Below are positions 1 to 8,435 of a stretch of DNA of 64,000 bases, one piece after another. The stretch is from Clostridia bacterium (lineage in GTDB: Bacteria > Bacillota > Clostridia > TANB77 > UBA1234): NCBI GenBank assembly GCA_017469565.1, contig JAFUGC010000003.1:13656-77655 (forward strand), in the 5' to 3' direction. The notes under the pieces are model-generated. The model was not told the DNA's origin, searched no databases, and saw nothing but the letters and a program-made list of their open reading frames with translations. The position numbers and the translations under genes were made by a program. Every line of letters begins with the position of its first letter. The first letter of the stretch is position 1.

Positions 1-25
1 GATTAATCTCTTCAATTGTTTTCAT
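1..25 (-). CDS. 5' end (MKTIEEIN...) of the next gene in the minus-strand operon, continuing beyond the window. Product unknown, probably another hydrogenase/NADH-dehydrogenase-type subunit.
   Basis: Reverse complement of 1-25 is ATGAAAACAATTGAAGAGATTAATC. It begins 13 nt downstream of the stop of the NuoE-like gene. Confidence 0.35.
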
Positions 26-37
26 GCAAGCACCTCC

Positions 38-541
38 TTATTCTTCAGATTCTTTTGAATATTTATCAATTGCTTCATCTAGCATTTTCACTGTTGCATT
101 GCCATAAACTTCATCATTTATCATAAATACTGGAGCAAGTCCACAAGCACCAACGCATCTTACATCATCATAAGAAAATTTTCCGTCTGCTGTGACATCT
201 CCTGCTTTTTCAATCTTTAAACGATCTTTTACTCTATCTAAGATGGCCTGAGAACCCTTAACAAAGCAAGCTGTTCCCATACAAACAGAGATATTATATT
301 TTCCCTTTGGTTTTAGGGTAAACCTTGAATAAAATGTAATAACTCCATAAATTTCTGCCATTGGAACATTTAGATATTTTGAGATTTCTTCTTGTGCCTG
401 TTGTGGCACGTATCCAAAACGCTCCTGAACATCATTTAAAATTGCAACAAGTTTATCTTTTTCTCTTGGATAATTCTCAAGAATTTTAAGAGTCTCTTCT
501 TGCACTTTTAAAGCTGCACAATTTCCACAATTCGATTCCAT
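38..541 (-). CDS. NuoE-family thioredoxin-like [2Fe-2S] ferredoxin (NADH:quinone oxidoreductase 24-kDa subunit / hydrogenase HndA-HydC-like)
   Basis: 167 aa with a CMGTACFVKGS...RCVGACGLAPV cysteine pattern typical of NuoE/HndA. RBS gaggaatagagt lies upstream of the ATG. Confidence 0.8.
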   Translation of the reverse strand: MESNCGNCAALKVQEETLKILENYPREKDKLVAILNDVQERFGYVPQQAQEEISKYLNVPMAEIYGVITFYSRFTLKPKGKYNISVCMGTACFVKGSQAILDRVKDRLKIEKAGDVTADGKFSYDDVRCVGACGLAPVFMINDEVYGNATVKMLDEAIDKYSKESEE

Positions 542-942
542 ACTCTATTCCTCCTAAAATTGTACTAATCAATGCAATGTAACTTGCATTAACCTACCCT
601 CCTATTCTACAACGAACTAGGGGCAAATTTCAATATTTTTGTCGAATTTTTGATAAGAAAAATTCTGGGAAAGTTAGCTGTTTCTAACAATTCAGGACAA
701 CCTATCTAAAAAATGTAGTCCATTAGGATATGAAAATAAATGTGATACTATAAATGTATAATGAAGTTTGGGAGAATTATATGACACGAAAAATTTTTAT
801 TAATGAAAAGAAGCTAAAAGCAGAAACATAAGCAGCAATATTTTGATTGCATTATGTAAATTGCCGTGTTATAATATGGCTGTTTACATATACCTTGTCA
901 TTTCGACAAAGAGACTTCTTAAACGAAAGGTGGTATTTACAG

Positions 943-3729
943 GTGACTAAAAAGCAATTAGACGCGATTGAAGTAATGCTCCTAAAGATTGACGAAAATG
1001 ATTCCTATAAGGCTCCTTTGGAAAAAGAATACGAGCTTTACCGGACTTCATTAGAATCGATTCCCAGAGACGTGAATGTTCCACAAACACTTTCCACAAG
1101 TGTATTTTCCATGGAACAACGGTTAAGAAATTATGTGATTTTAGGCAAATCAAGTAACCCTCTTTTAGAACTGGCACCAACCATTTCCCCAAAAATCACA
1201 AGCGAAGAGGACAAAAAAGAACTTGTAAATCTTGCAAATTCAAATGCCTCGTATATTGCAAACCGGAAATCAAGCCTTGCTATCTTGAAATCGTATTTAG
1301 ATAAGATTGATTTTCAGGGGAATCTGGAAGACATTTGCTCCACCATTAAGCTGGTGCAAGAAAAGTATGAAAAGACGAATATTTTTTCTAATGAATTTGA
1401 GCAAGAGATTACTAGGGCCAAGTATTTTTATGAACTCAGGCTTTTATATGATGGTGAGCTTTCTCGTGCCAGCGAATATGCAACGCATTTTGATTCTGGC
1501 ATGATTTTGTTTCTTCATAAGCATCATCAAGATACGGTCCATAGGCTTTTGGAAGAGGGAAGGTCCAGGCTTGCCGAAGAACTCAATACTTTTCTGACTG
1601 AAATGCCTCAGGATAAGGAAAAGGATATTGCGTTTTGGAAAGTCTTGGCGCAAATTGAAAACCCGGAGTATAATCCCAACAGCGACATTATCATTGATGA
1701 AAGCAATTCTATCGTGGTAGATGAGATAGAAGAAACAACCAAAGAGATTACGACCGTGAAGAAAAGACGGTTCTTATCTTTGAGAAATCTCTTCCAAAGA
1801 AAAAGTTTGAGCGTTCCGGGGGAAAGTATGATTGTTTCGGCTTCCAAAACAAAAAACTCCAAGTACTACAGTGCTTCATTGAATTCAGAAAGTGTGGTCA
1901 TTCATTTAACCCTTAACTTTGAGTTTTATATGCTCCAAGACGAATTAGACAAATTAGAGAATTTATTATCTACTTGGTACAAAAAGGAGAGCGAGCCGTT
2001 TTCCAATGTATCCGTTTATGTAACAGAAGTGTATAGCACTCCCATGTTTGAAAAATATGAGTATGCCGATTTAGGGAGAATTGTCCGAAGGCTTACCAAT
2101 TATGCTCATATCACTCTTTTGGACGTGAAAGTTTCTCAAAAGAGCCATATTTATGAGATAACGGAGGGTATGTTTCAAGGAACGTATTTTGACACTTTTG
2201 TAGTTCATGGTGGTTTATGGAAAATTGGTCCCTTTGCCTTCTATAAGACGCATTTCTTGCAAAAAGTGGACTTTAGCGATGCCAAGATTTATCACATCAA
2301 AGATTATGCGTTTAGTGAGGCACAAAATTTGACAGAGGTTATCTTACCTGAAATTTCAACTGCCATCATGGATAGTCATGATTTAGGTGCTTATGTTTTT
2401 GAAAACTGTTATTCGCTGACTAAATTTGAATTCCCATACAATCTCACTGAGATTAATGAGGGGTTCTTTAAAGGGTGCAGAAAGCTGACGTCAGTTGGCT
2501 ATCTTGGCCAAATTACCCGGATTGGTGACAGAGCATTTGAAGGCTGTGAGAATTTTTCTGATTTTCCTTTTTCCTCTGATATTGAAGAAGTAGGGCATAG
2601 AGCCTTCTTTGGATGCAAGTTACTCACGGATTTTAGCTTTAAAAATATACGCCGTATTGGAGACTATGCATTTGCAGAAACGGGCCTTAAAAGTGTTACC
2701 TTAACACTAGAACTCCATCAGGTGGGAGTTGGTATTTTTTCTAAGAGTAATCTCCATTCTGTATGGATAGAAGACTCTTTGGTATTAACTTCTGAAATTT
2801 TTAAGGGCTGTCAAAACTTGGAGCGCGTACATCTGGATGATGGCATTGCCGTATTTGGAGATGCTTGTTTTGAGGATTGCAAAAATCTTGAAAGCGTGAA
2901 TATTCCAAGTATCCTTGGTCAATTAGGAGAAAAGTGCTTTAAGAATTGCAAAAGTCTATCGGTATTGGAATTTCCTGTTGGTTGCAGAAGAATCGGAGCG
3001 GAATGCTTTAGTGGCTGTGATGGACTCACCAAATTTCAGCTCCCAAAAGTGGATGTGATTGAGCCAAAACTGTTCTATGAATGCACTCATTTAGAAACTG
3101 TTACATTTGCGGATGAAAAGGAATTGCTAGAAATATCCGAAAAGGCGTTTTGCCTGTGCGGTAGGCTAAGAGACTTTAAGATTCCGTCAAATGTGAAAGC
3201 GATTGGAAACGGTGCCTTTGCAGGAACGGATTTGGAAAAAGTTATCCTTCCGGATTCTCTCACAGATTTAGGAGAAGGTGTTTTTAATGAATGCAGACGC
3301 TTGGAAGAAGTAACGCTGTCCAAGTATCTAAGAGAAATTAAAGCGGAAACGTTCAGAAACTGCTATAATTTGTGTGAAATAGACCTGTCTCCTTGCTATA
3401 TCAGTACTATTGGAAAATACGCATTTGCCAGATGTGATTCCTTAAAAAAGATTGTGCTATCGGTAGGAATCCGAAAAGTATACAAAAGTTCTTTTGAAAA
3501 AGTTTATAGCATAGATACGATTGTGGTTCCAGTGAAGCTGATTGGCTTATCAAAGGAGGAACAAGAACGAATCCACGAAGATTATACGCCACTATACAGT
3601 TTCTTGGAAAACAGCCTAGGCTTAAGCGAGGATTTTAGCATTGTTAGTGTTAGTATGGAAGCAGAGGAAACGGTTGCGATTCAGCTGAATTTCCATTATG
3701 GAAGTGCTAAAGTAACCCTTGCCAAGTAA
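943..3729 (+). CDS. Large cytoplasmic-type leucine-rich-repeat protein (BspA/LRR_5-type repeats) with a ~330-aa N-terminal domain of unknown function; paralog 1
   Basis: ORF 847-3729; likely GTG start at 943 after RBS AAAGGTGG. The C-terminal two-thirds is repeated ~25-aa units (F.GC..L..V.LP..L..IG..AF). No signal peptide is evident. Confidence 0.7.
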   Translation: MTKKQLDAIEVMLLKIDENDSYKAPLEKEYELYRTSLESIPRDVNVPQTLSTSVFSMEQRLRNYVILGKSSNPLLELAPTISPKITSEEDKKELVNLANSNASYIANRKSSLAILKSYLDKIDFQGNLEDICSTIKLVQEKYEKTNIFSNEFEQEITRAKYFYELRLLYDGELSRASEYATHFDSGMILFLHKHHQDTVHRLLEEGRSRLAEELNTFLTEMPQDKEKDIAFWKVLAQIENPEYNPNSDIIIDESNSIVVDEIEETTKEITTVKKRRFLSLRNLFQRKSLSVPGESMIVSASKTKNSKYYSASLNSESVVIHLTLNFEFYMLQDELDKLENLLSTWYKKESEPFSNVSVYVTEVYSTPMFEKYEYADLGRIVRRLTNYAHITLLDVKVSQKSHIYEITEGMFQGTYFDTFVVHGGLWKIGPFAFYKTHFLQKVDFSDAKIYHIKDYAFSEAQNLTEVILPEISTAIMDSHDLGAYVFENCYSLTKFEFPYNLTEINEGFFKGCRKLTSVGYLGQITRIGDRAFEGCENFSDFPFSSDIEEVGHRAFFGCKLLTDFSFKNIRRIGDYAFAETGLKSVTLTLELHQVGVGIFSKSNLHSVWIEDSLVLTSEIFKGCQNLERVHLDDGIAVFGDACFEDCKNLESVNIPSILGQLGEKCFKNCKSLSVLEFPVGCRRIGAECFSGCDGLTKFQLPKVDVIEPKLFYECTHLETVTFADEKELLEISEKAFCLCGRLRDFKIPSNVKAIGNGAFAGTDLEKVILPDSLTDLGEGVFNECRRLEEVTLSKYLREIKAETFRNCYNLCEIDLSPCYISTIGKYAFARCDSLKKIVLSVGIRKVYKSSFEKVYSIDTIVVPVKLIGLSKEEQERIHEDYTPLYSFLENSLGLSEDFSIVSVSMEAEETVAIQLNFHYGSAKVTLAK

Positions 3730-3745
3730 AAAGGAGGGGTAGTCA

Positions 3746-5830
3746 GTGATTATGGGTAACGATTTAAACAGAATTGGTATTTATATTTCTAAGCTAGCCC
3801 CGAATGACACATATAAGGCTGCTTTAGAAAAAGAGTATCATTTTTATCGGGAAGTTTTAGAGGCTTTTCCGGCAGATTCTGCTCTGCCGGAAGAGCTTAT
3901 TTCGAGCATTTATTCTTTGCTTCAAAGAATCAAAAACTATGTGGTTTTTGGTAACACCAGTAATCCTTTAGTGCCTATCGTTCCCTATATGACAGAGCTG
4001 ATTGACTGTGAAAATGACAAAGAAAAAATCATTGCAAAAGCCAAGACAAATCCTTCCTTTATTGCTAATAGAAGGCAGAAACTTGCTATTTTCAAACAGC
4101 TTTTAGATGCCATTGACTATGGCGGAGAAAGAAAGGATATTCGGGGAACCATCGATCTTGCCACTACAGAATATGAAAAGAGTAATATTTACGCAAGTGA
4201 TTTTGAGCAAGAAATTGCCAAGGCAAAGTATTTTTATATGATAAGACTAATCATGGATGATGCGATAGACGATGCCAATATACTTGCACAAGATTTTGAG
4301 ACAGATATGCTTCTTTTTATGCATCTTAGGCATAAGGATAGTGTTTCACATCTTTTAAAAGAAAGCAAAGCGATGCTGGCAAATGAAATGTATCATTTTT
4401 TAAATGAGTTCCAGGATGGTAAGATTCATGATATTGAATTTTGGAAGATTCTCGCACAAATTGAAAATCCGGAATGGATGCTAAAAGAAGAGAGAAAAGA
4501 AGAAAAGAATCAAGAAGAATTGGAAAATGAAACTTCCTTGGAAGAATTGATAATGGACAAAGAGCCTGCAACAAGCAAGCACAGTTTATTTGAAGTCATT
4601 TCAAGAAAACGGATAGAAAGAAAATTCTATACGGTAGTTTCAGAAGAACACGAATATATCCATATTACTTTGAAACATTTTCAGGGATTTATCATGCCTA
4701 AAGCGGAAATAAAAAAGCTTAATCATTTTTTAAGGAAGCTGGGAGGCTCTCATGGAGAGCATTATAAAACAATAACAATTCAAACCTTTGCTTACAATAA
4801 AGTTCATAGCTATGATTTACGGGATACTCTTTCGATTCGTCATGTGATTGAGTGTATTAGCTATTATCTGCCATCTTCACAATTGGTTCTTGATTTTTCT
4901 TACTGTCATACAACTCACATTCCTCAAGAATTTTTTGAAAATCTAAGCATTACAAAAGTGGTGTTACCATACGATTTGCAGGTGATAGAAGATTTTGCTT
5001 TTCATGGTTGCAAAGAATTAGAAGAAGTTATCTTTCCTGAAAAGTTGCTTGAGATTCGCACGGGAGCATTTCTCGGGTGTTTCAAATTAAAACAAGCAGA
5101 CTTAAGTAAAACATCACTGAAAAAGAATGGCTTGAAAAATAGATGCTTTGAAAGTTGCACTGACCTTGAAAAAGTTCTTTTTAATGATGAATTACAAGTA
5201 ATTGGTGAGGAGGCATTTAGATGTTGTGAGTCACTAAGGCAGATTTCATTGAAAAATGTTTCCATTATTGAGCCATATGCATTTTTGTATTGTTACCACT
5301 TAGGAAAAGTAGAAGAAACGCAAAACTTAACAATGATAGGGACAAGTGCTTTTAAAGAATGTAAAAATCTTAAGCATTTTAATTTTCCAACCTATTATGA
5401 TGAAACAGAACTTATCATTGAAGAAGAAGCCTTTGCTTTAAGCGGACTTAAAAAAATGTATATGGATTGCATCCACTTAAGTATAGGGGAAGGCATTTTC
5501 AAAAACACTAATTTGAAGAAAGCTGAGATTCATAGCACTATCACAAGTCTTCCAGAAAGTACTTTTGAGGGATGTTCCGAATTAGAAGAAGTCATTTTAC
5601 CCGCTAATCTAGAAACGCTAGAAGAGGGCTGTTTTAAGGAATGCATTTCTTTAAAAGTGATAGATCTTCCAAAATCTTTAAAAAGAATTAACCGAGATAG
5701 TTTTAGAGATTGTGAAGAAATTGAAATGATTCATTTTTCAGGACAGCTTGAATATGTTGGAGATAATGCCTTTTGTGGCTGCGATGCTTTAGACCTGAAA
5801 AAACTCAACTTTATGACACCAATAGACTAA
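3746..5830 (+). CDS. Leucine-rich-repeat protein, paralog 2 (same N-terminal domain + LRR_5 repeats)
   Basis: RBS AAAGGAGGGG lies 9 nt upstream. The N-terminus (KAALEKEYHFYREVLE...FEQEIAKAKYFY...FWKILAQIENPEW) aligns with paralog 1 (KAPLEKEYELYRTSLE...FEQEITRAKYFY...FWKVLAQIENPEY). Confidence 0.7.
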   Translation: MIMGNDLNRIGIYISKLAPNDTYKAALEKEYHFYREVLEAFPADSALPEELISSIYSLLQRIKNYVVFGNTSNPLVPIVPYMTELIDCENDKEKIIAKAKTNPSFIANRRQKLAIFKQLLDAIDYGGERKDIRGTIDLATTEYEKSNIYASDFEQEIAKAKYFYMIRLIMDDAIDDANILAQDFETDMLLFMHLRHKDSVSHLLKESKAMLANEMYHFLNEFQDGKIHDIEFWKILAQIENPEWMLKEERKEEKNQEELENETSLEELIMDKEPATSKHSLFEVISRKRIERKFYTVVSEEHEYIHITLKHFQGFIMPKAEIKKLNHFLRKLGGSHGEHYKTITIQTFAYNKVHSYDLRDTLSIRHVIECISYYLPSSQLVLDFSYCHTTHIPQEFFENLSITKVVLPYDLQVIEDFAFHGCKELEEVIFPEKLLEIRTGAFLGCFKLKQADLSKTSLKKNGLKNRCFESCTDLEKVLFNDELQVIGEEAFRCCESLRQISLKNVSIIEPYAFLYCYHLGKVEETQNLTMIGTSAFKECKNLKHFNFPTYYDETELIIEEEAFALSGLKKMYMDCIHLSIGEGIFKNTNLKKAEIHSTITSLPESTFEGCSELEEVILPANLETLEEGCFKECISLKVIDLPKSLKRINRDSFRDCEEIEMIHFSGQLEYVGDNAFCGCDALDLKKLNFMTPID

Positions 5831-5835
5831 ATTAT

Positions 5836-5866
5836 ACTCGCTAGAATTTTCTAGCGAGTTTTTTAT
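5836..5866 (+). terminator. Intrinsic terminator after LRR paralog 2
   Basis: Hairpin actcgctagaa/ttctagcgagt followed by TTTTTT. Confidence 0.6.
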
Positions 5867-6110
5867 TCTGCATTTGGGGATGCAATTGGGGGACACCTTC
5901 CAAAGAGGTGCATTTGGGGATGCAATTGGGGATGCATTTGGGGACACCTTCCAAAAGCATCATATGTCATGCACATTTGGAGATGCATTAGGAAGGTGTC
6001 CCCGAATGCATGACATATGATGCTTTTGGAAGGTGTCCCCAAATGCATCCCCAAATGCATCCCCAAATGCACCTCTTTGGAAAGTGTCCCCAATTGCATC
6101 TTGCCAAACA
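5863..6110. repeat. ~250-bp long-arm palindrome built from GCATTTGGGGA direct repeats and GGGGACACCTTCC / GGAAGGTGTCCCC cores
   Basis: The left arm (~5866-5970) is the near-exact reverse complement of the right arm (~6012-6110). The centre also carries GGAAGGTGTCCCC. The spurious ORFs 5863-6336(-) and 6017-6133(+) are translations of this repeat. Confidence 0.7.
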
Positions 6111-6163
6111 GTGAAAAGTACAGTATACTAGTCATGAAAATTGAAAGAATAGGAGAGGATAAC

Positions 6164-6541
6164 GTGAGTGAATTAAAAGTATATAAGTGTACAATTTGTG
6201 GAACAACGGTAGAAATTTTAAATGGAAATGGTAGTAGCCTTACTTGTTGCGGACAAAATATGGTGGAGCTAAAAGCAAATACAGCAGATGCTGCTGCAGA
6301 AAAACATGTTCCAGTCATTGAAAAAGAGGGAGACAAAATTCTTGTGAAAGTAGGAGAGGTGCCACATCCAATGGACCCTGACCATTACATTGTGTGGATT
6401 GCAATGGTAAGTGATGAAAAGGTGGTTAAGGTAAATTTAAAACCTGGTGATAAACCAGAGGCAACCTTCTGTTATGTTCCAGGAGCTACTGTTTATGCAT
6501 ATTGTAATAAACATAACCTTTGGAAAAAGGATGTAGAATAA
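6164..6541 (+). CDS. dfx: Desulfoferrodoxin (superoxide reductase, 2Fe-SOR)
   Basis: N-terminal desulforedoxin motif YKCTICG...CCG and C-terminal neelaredoxin domain (EKHVP...H..H...C..H). Start is GTG 6164, 5 nt after AGGAGAGG. Confidence 0.8.
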   Translation: MSELKVYKCTICGTTVEILNGNGSSLTCCGQNMVELKANTADAAAEKHVPVIEKEGDKILVKVGEVPHPMDPDHYIVWIAMVSDEKVVKVNLKPGDKPEATFCYVPGATVYAYCNKHNLWKKDVE

Positions 6542-6662
6542 CAAAAATAATAAGCATGCTAAAAATTAGTATGCTTATTATTTTTATGCATATTATCACT
6601 TGATTTTTTGAAAGTTAGATAATATAATGCAATTGTAACAATGACCAGAAAGGAAAGAAGAC

Positions 6663-7127
6663 ATGCCAGAAGAATTTATGAAAGAAGCCTTAAAGGAAGC
6701 CCAAAAAGCTATGAGTAAAGAGGAAGTTCCAATAGGTGCTGTTATAGTAAAAGACGGGAAAATAATTGCAAGAGGACATAATTTACGAGAAACCAAAAAA
6801 GATGCATGTGCTCATGCAGAAATTATTGCAATTCAAAAAGCATGTAAGAAATTAGATGCATGGAGACTAGAAGACTGTGAAATCTATGTAACACTAGAAC
6901 CCTGTTCCATGTGTGCTGGTGCAATCATGAATGCAAGAATAAAAAAACTATATATTGGTGCCATGGAACCTAAGTCTGGAAGTGTGGGATCCAAATTAAA
7001 TTTGTTGGGTGATTATACTTTCAATCATAAAGTAGAGGTGGTTACTGGCATTTGTGAAGAAGAATCTGTAAGGCTACTAAAGGATTTTTTTCAATATTTA
7101 AGGAAAAAGGATAAGGAGAAAAAATAG
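6663..7127 (+). CDS. tadA: tRNA-specific adenosine deaminase
   Basis: CDA-fold motifs HAEIIAI and LEPCSMCAGAI; 154 aa. Confidence 0.85.
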   Translation: MPEEFMKEALKEAQKAMSKEEVPIGAVIVKDGKIIARGHNLRETKKDACAHAEIIAIQKACKKLDAWRLEDCEIYVTLEPCSMCAGAIMNARIKKLYIGAMEPKSGSVGSKLNLLGDYTFNHKVEVVTGICEEESVRLLKDFFQYLRKKDKEKK

Positions 7128-7167
7128 TTTTTGGATGTCAAAAGAAAAATAGAAGTGATAAGAAAGG

Positions 7168-7587
7168 ATGAATGAAATGGAAAATATAACCGCATATTTT
7201 AGAAGTATTACACAGGCAGAGTATCATAAAGTTTATAAGAGATTAGAAAAATATAATTTGGTGAATGGGCAAGCAAGCTTACTTTCTATTATCAAGGAAA
7301 ATGATGGGCTTTCTCAAAATGAGCTTGCAAACATTTTAAATGTAAAACCTTCTTCTATGAGCGAAAGAATTAATAAGCTAGAAGCACTCGGATACATTAA
7401 TAGAATAGTTGATGAAGATAATTTGAGAATGAAGAGAATTTTTATTACTACAGAGGGTAAGAAAGCAGCAGTTCAGTGTAAAAGAATTTTGAATGAATTT
7501 GAAGAAACATTATTTGCGGGATTTACCAAGAAGGATAAACGTATGCTTGAAAACTATTTGCAGAAGATGTTGCAAAACTTAGAATAA
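7168..7587 (+). CDS. MarR-family transcriptional regulator
   Basis: 139 aa winged-helix MarR-like (LSQNELANILNVKPSSMSERINKLEALGYINR). Confidence 0.7.
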   Translation: MNEMENITAYFRSITQAEYHKVYKRLEKYNLVNGQASLLSIIKENDGLSQNELANILNVKPSSMSERINKLEALGYINRIVDEDNLRMKRIFITTEGKKAAVQCKRILNEFEETLFAGFTKKDKRMLENYLQKMLQNLE

Positions 7588-7623
7588 AAATAGAATGTTT
7601 TATGAATAGTTTTTAAAATAAAA

Positions 7624-7660
7624 AGGCTTGCAGTTTTAACACTGCAAGCTCATTTTTTCT
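7624..7660. terminator. Bidirectional intrinsic terminator between the MarR gene (+) and the KA-repeat gene (-)
   Basis: Hairpin gcttgcagt-tttaac-actgcaagc flanked by A-run and T-run. Confidence 0.6.
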
Positions 7661-7668
7661 TTTGTACC

Positions 7669-8106
7669 TTATTTTGCTTTTTTAGCAACTGGCTTTTTAG
7701 CAACTGGTTTAGCAGCTGTTTTTTTAGCAGCTGGTTTAGCAGCAGCCGTTTTCTTAGCAGCTGGTTTAGCAGCAGCTGTTTTCTTAGCAGCTGGTTTAGC
7801 AGCAGCTGTCTTCTTAGCAGCTGGTTTAGCAGCAGCTGTCTTTTTAGCAGCTGGTTTAGCAGCAGCCGTTTTCTTAGCAGCTGGTTTAGCAGCAGCTGTT
7901 TTCTTAGCAGCTGGTTTAGCAGCAGCTGTCTTTTTAGCAGCTGGTTTAGCAGCAGCTGTCTTTTTAGCAGCAGGCTTAGCAGCAGCTGTTTTCTTAGCAG
8001 CTGGTTTAGCAGCTACTTTTTTAGTAGCAGTTTTAGCAGCAACTGTTTTTTTAGCAGCTGGTTTAGTTGTAGCCTTTTTAGCTGTAGTTTTTTTAGCTGT
8101 TGGCAT
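7669..8106 (-). CDS. Lys/Ala-rich histone-H1-like (AlgP/Hc-like) DNA-binding repeat protein
   Basis: 145 aa; the decapeptide PAAKKTAAAK is repeated ~11 times. Strong RBS (AGAGAGGGGGG) lies upstream of the ATG on the minus strand. Confidence 0.6.
   Translation of the reverse strand: MPTAKKTTAKKATTKPAAKKTVAAKTATKKVAAKPAAKKTAAAKPAAKKTAAAKPAAKKTAAAKPAAKKTAAAKPAAKKTAAAKPAAKKTAAAKPAAKKTAAAKPAAKKTAAAKPAAKKTAAAKPAAKKTAAKPVAKKPVAKKAK
7711..8040. repeat. Perfect 30-bp tandem DNA repeats (~9 full units, phased at 7741, 7771 ... 7981) encoding the KA-repeat protein
   Basis: Unit agcagcNgtNttcttagcagctggtttagc, with only third-position differences between units. Confidence 0.8.
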
Positions 8107-8243
8107 GTGAATTGCCCCCCTCTCTTTTGTAAAACCTTCTTTTGTAAGTTTTATTTTTAATCATGAAGTTCATCTATTACAATTAAAATATAACTAATTT
8201 AGACATTTTTTGCAATAGAAAAATGAAAAAATTTTTTTGAAAT

Positions 8244-8267
8244 TAATTATTAGTATACTAATAATTA
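8244..8267. promoter_or_regulatory. 24-bp perfect palindrome TAATTATTAGTATACTAATAATTA in an extremely AT-rich upstream region
   Basis: Self-complementary. Embedded in A/T tracts (8107-8435, roughly 80-85% AT). Confidence 0.5.
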
Positions 8268-8435
8268 ACGTACTAATAATATAAAACATAGAGTGGTACA
8301 AATAAGAAAAAATATTATAAAAATAACACTTTTGAAAAATTTTTTAATTTTTTTAAAAGAATCAAAAAAATTTAAAAAAATTTTTAAATATATACTAGTA
8401 TTTTAAAATAAAATGTAATATAATCCTTTCTAAGG

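Noticed and set aside
542-846. ATGCAATGTAACTTGCAT inverted repeat (573-590) upstream of the NuoE-like operon as a Rex operator
   Set aside because: It does not match the Rex consensus TTGTGAA-N4-TTCACAA. It may still be an operator, but no specific assignment is supportable.
847-942. Upstream extension of LRR paralog 1 (MHYVNCRVIIW...)
   Set aside because: There is no RBS at 847. GTG 943 is preceded by AAAGGTGG at the right spacing, and the paralog alignment begins just after it.
5863-6336. ORFs 5863-6336(-) and the 5' extension of 6017-6541(+) with HLGMHLGMHLG / CIPKCIPKC repeats
   Set aside because: These are translations of the long palindromic DNA repeat. The real gene is dfx, starting at GTG 6164 behind a proper RBS.
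7711-8040. 30-bp tandem repeats considered as a possible CRISPR array
   Set aside because: The repeats are contiguous with no unique spacers, and they lie inside a well-supported coding frame (the KA-repeat protein).
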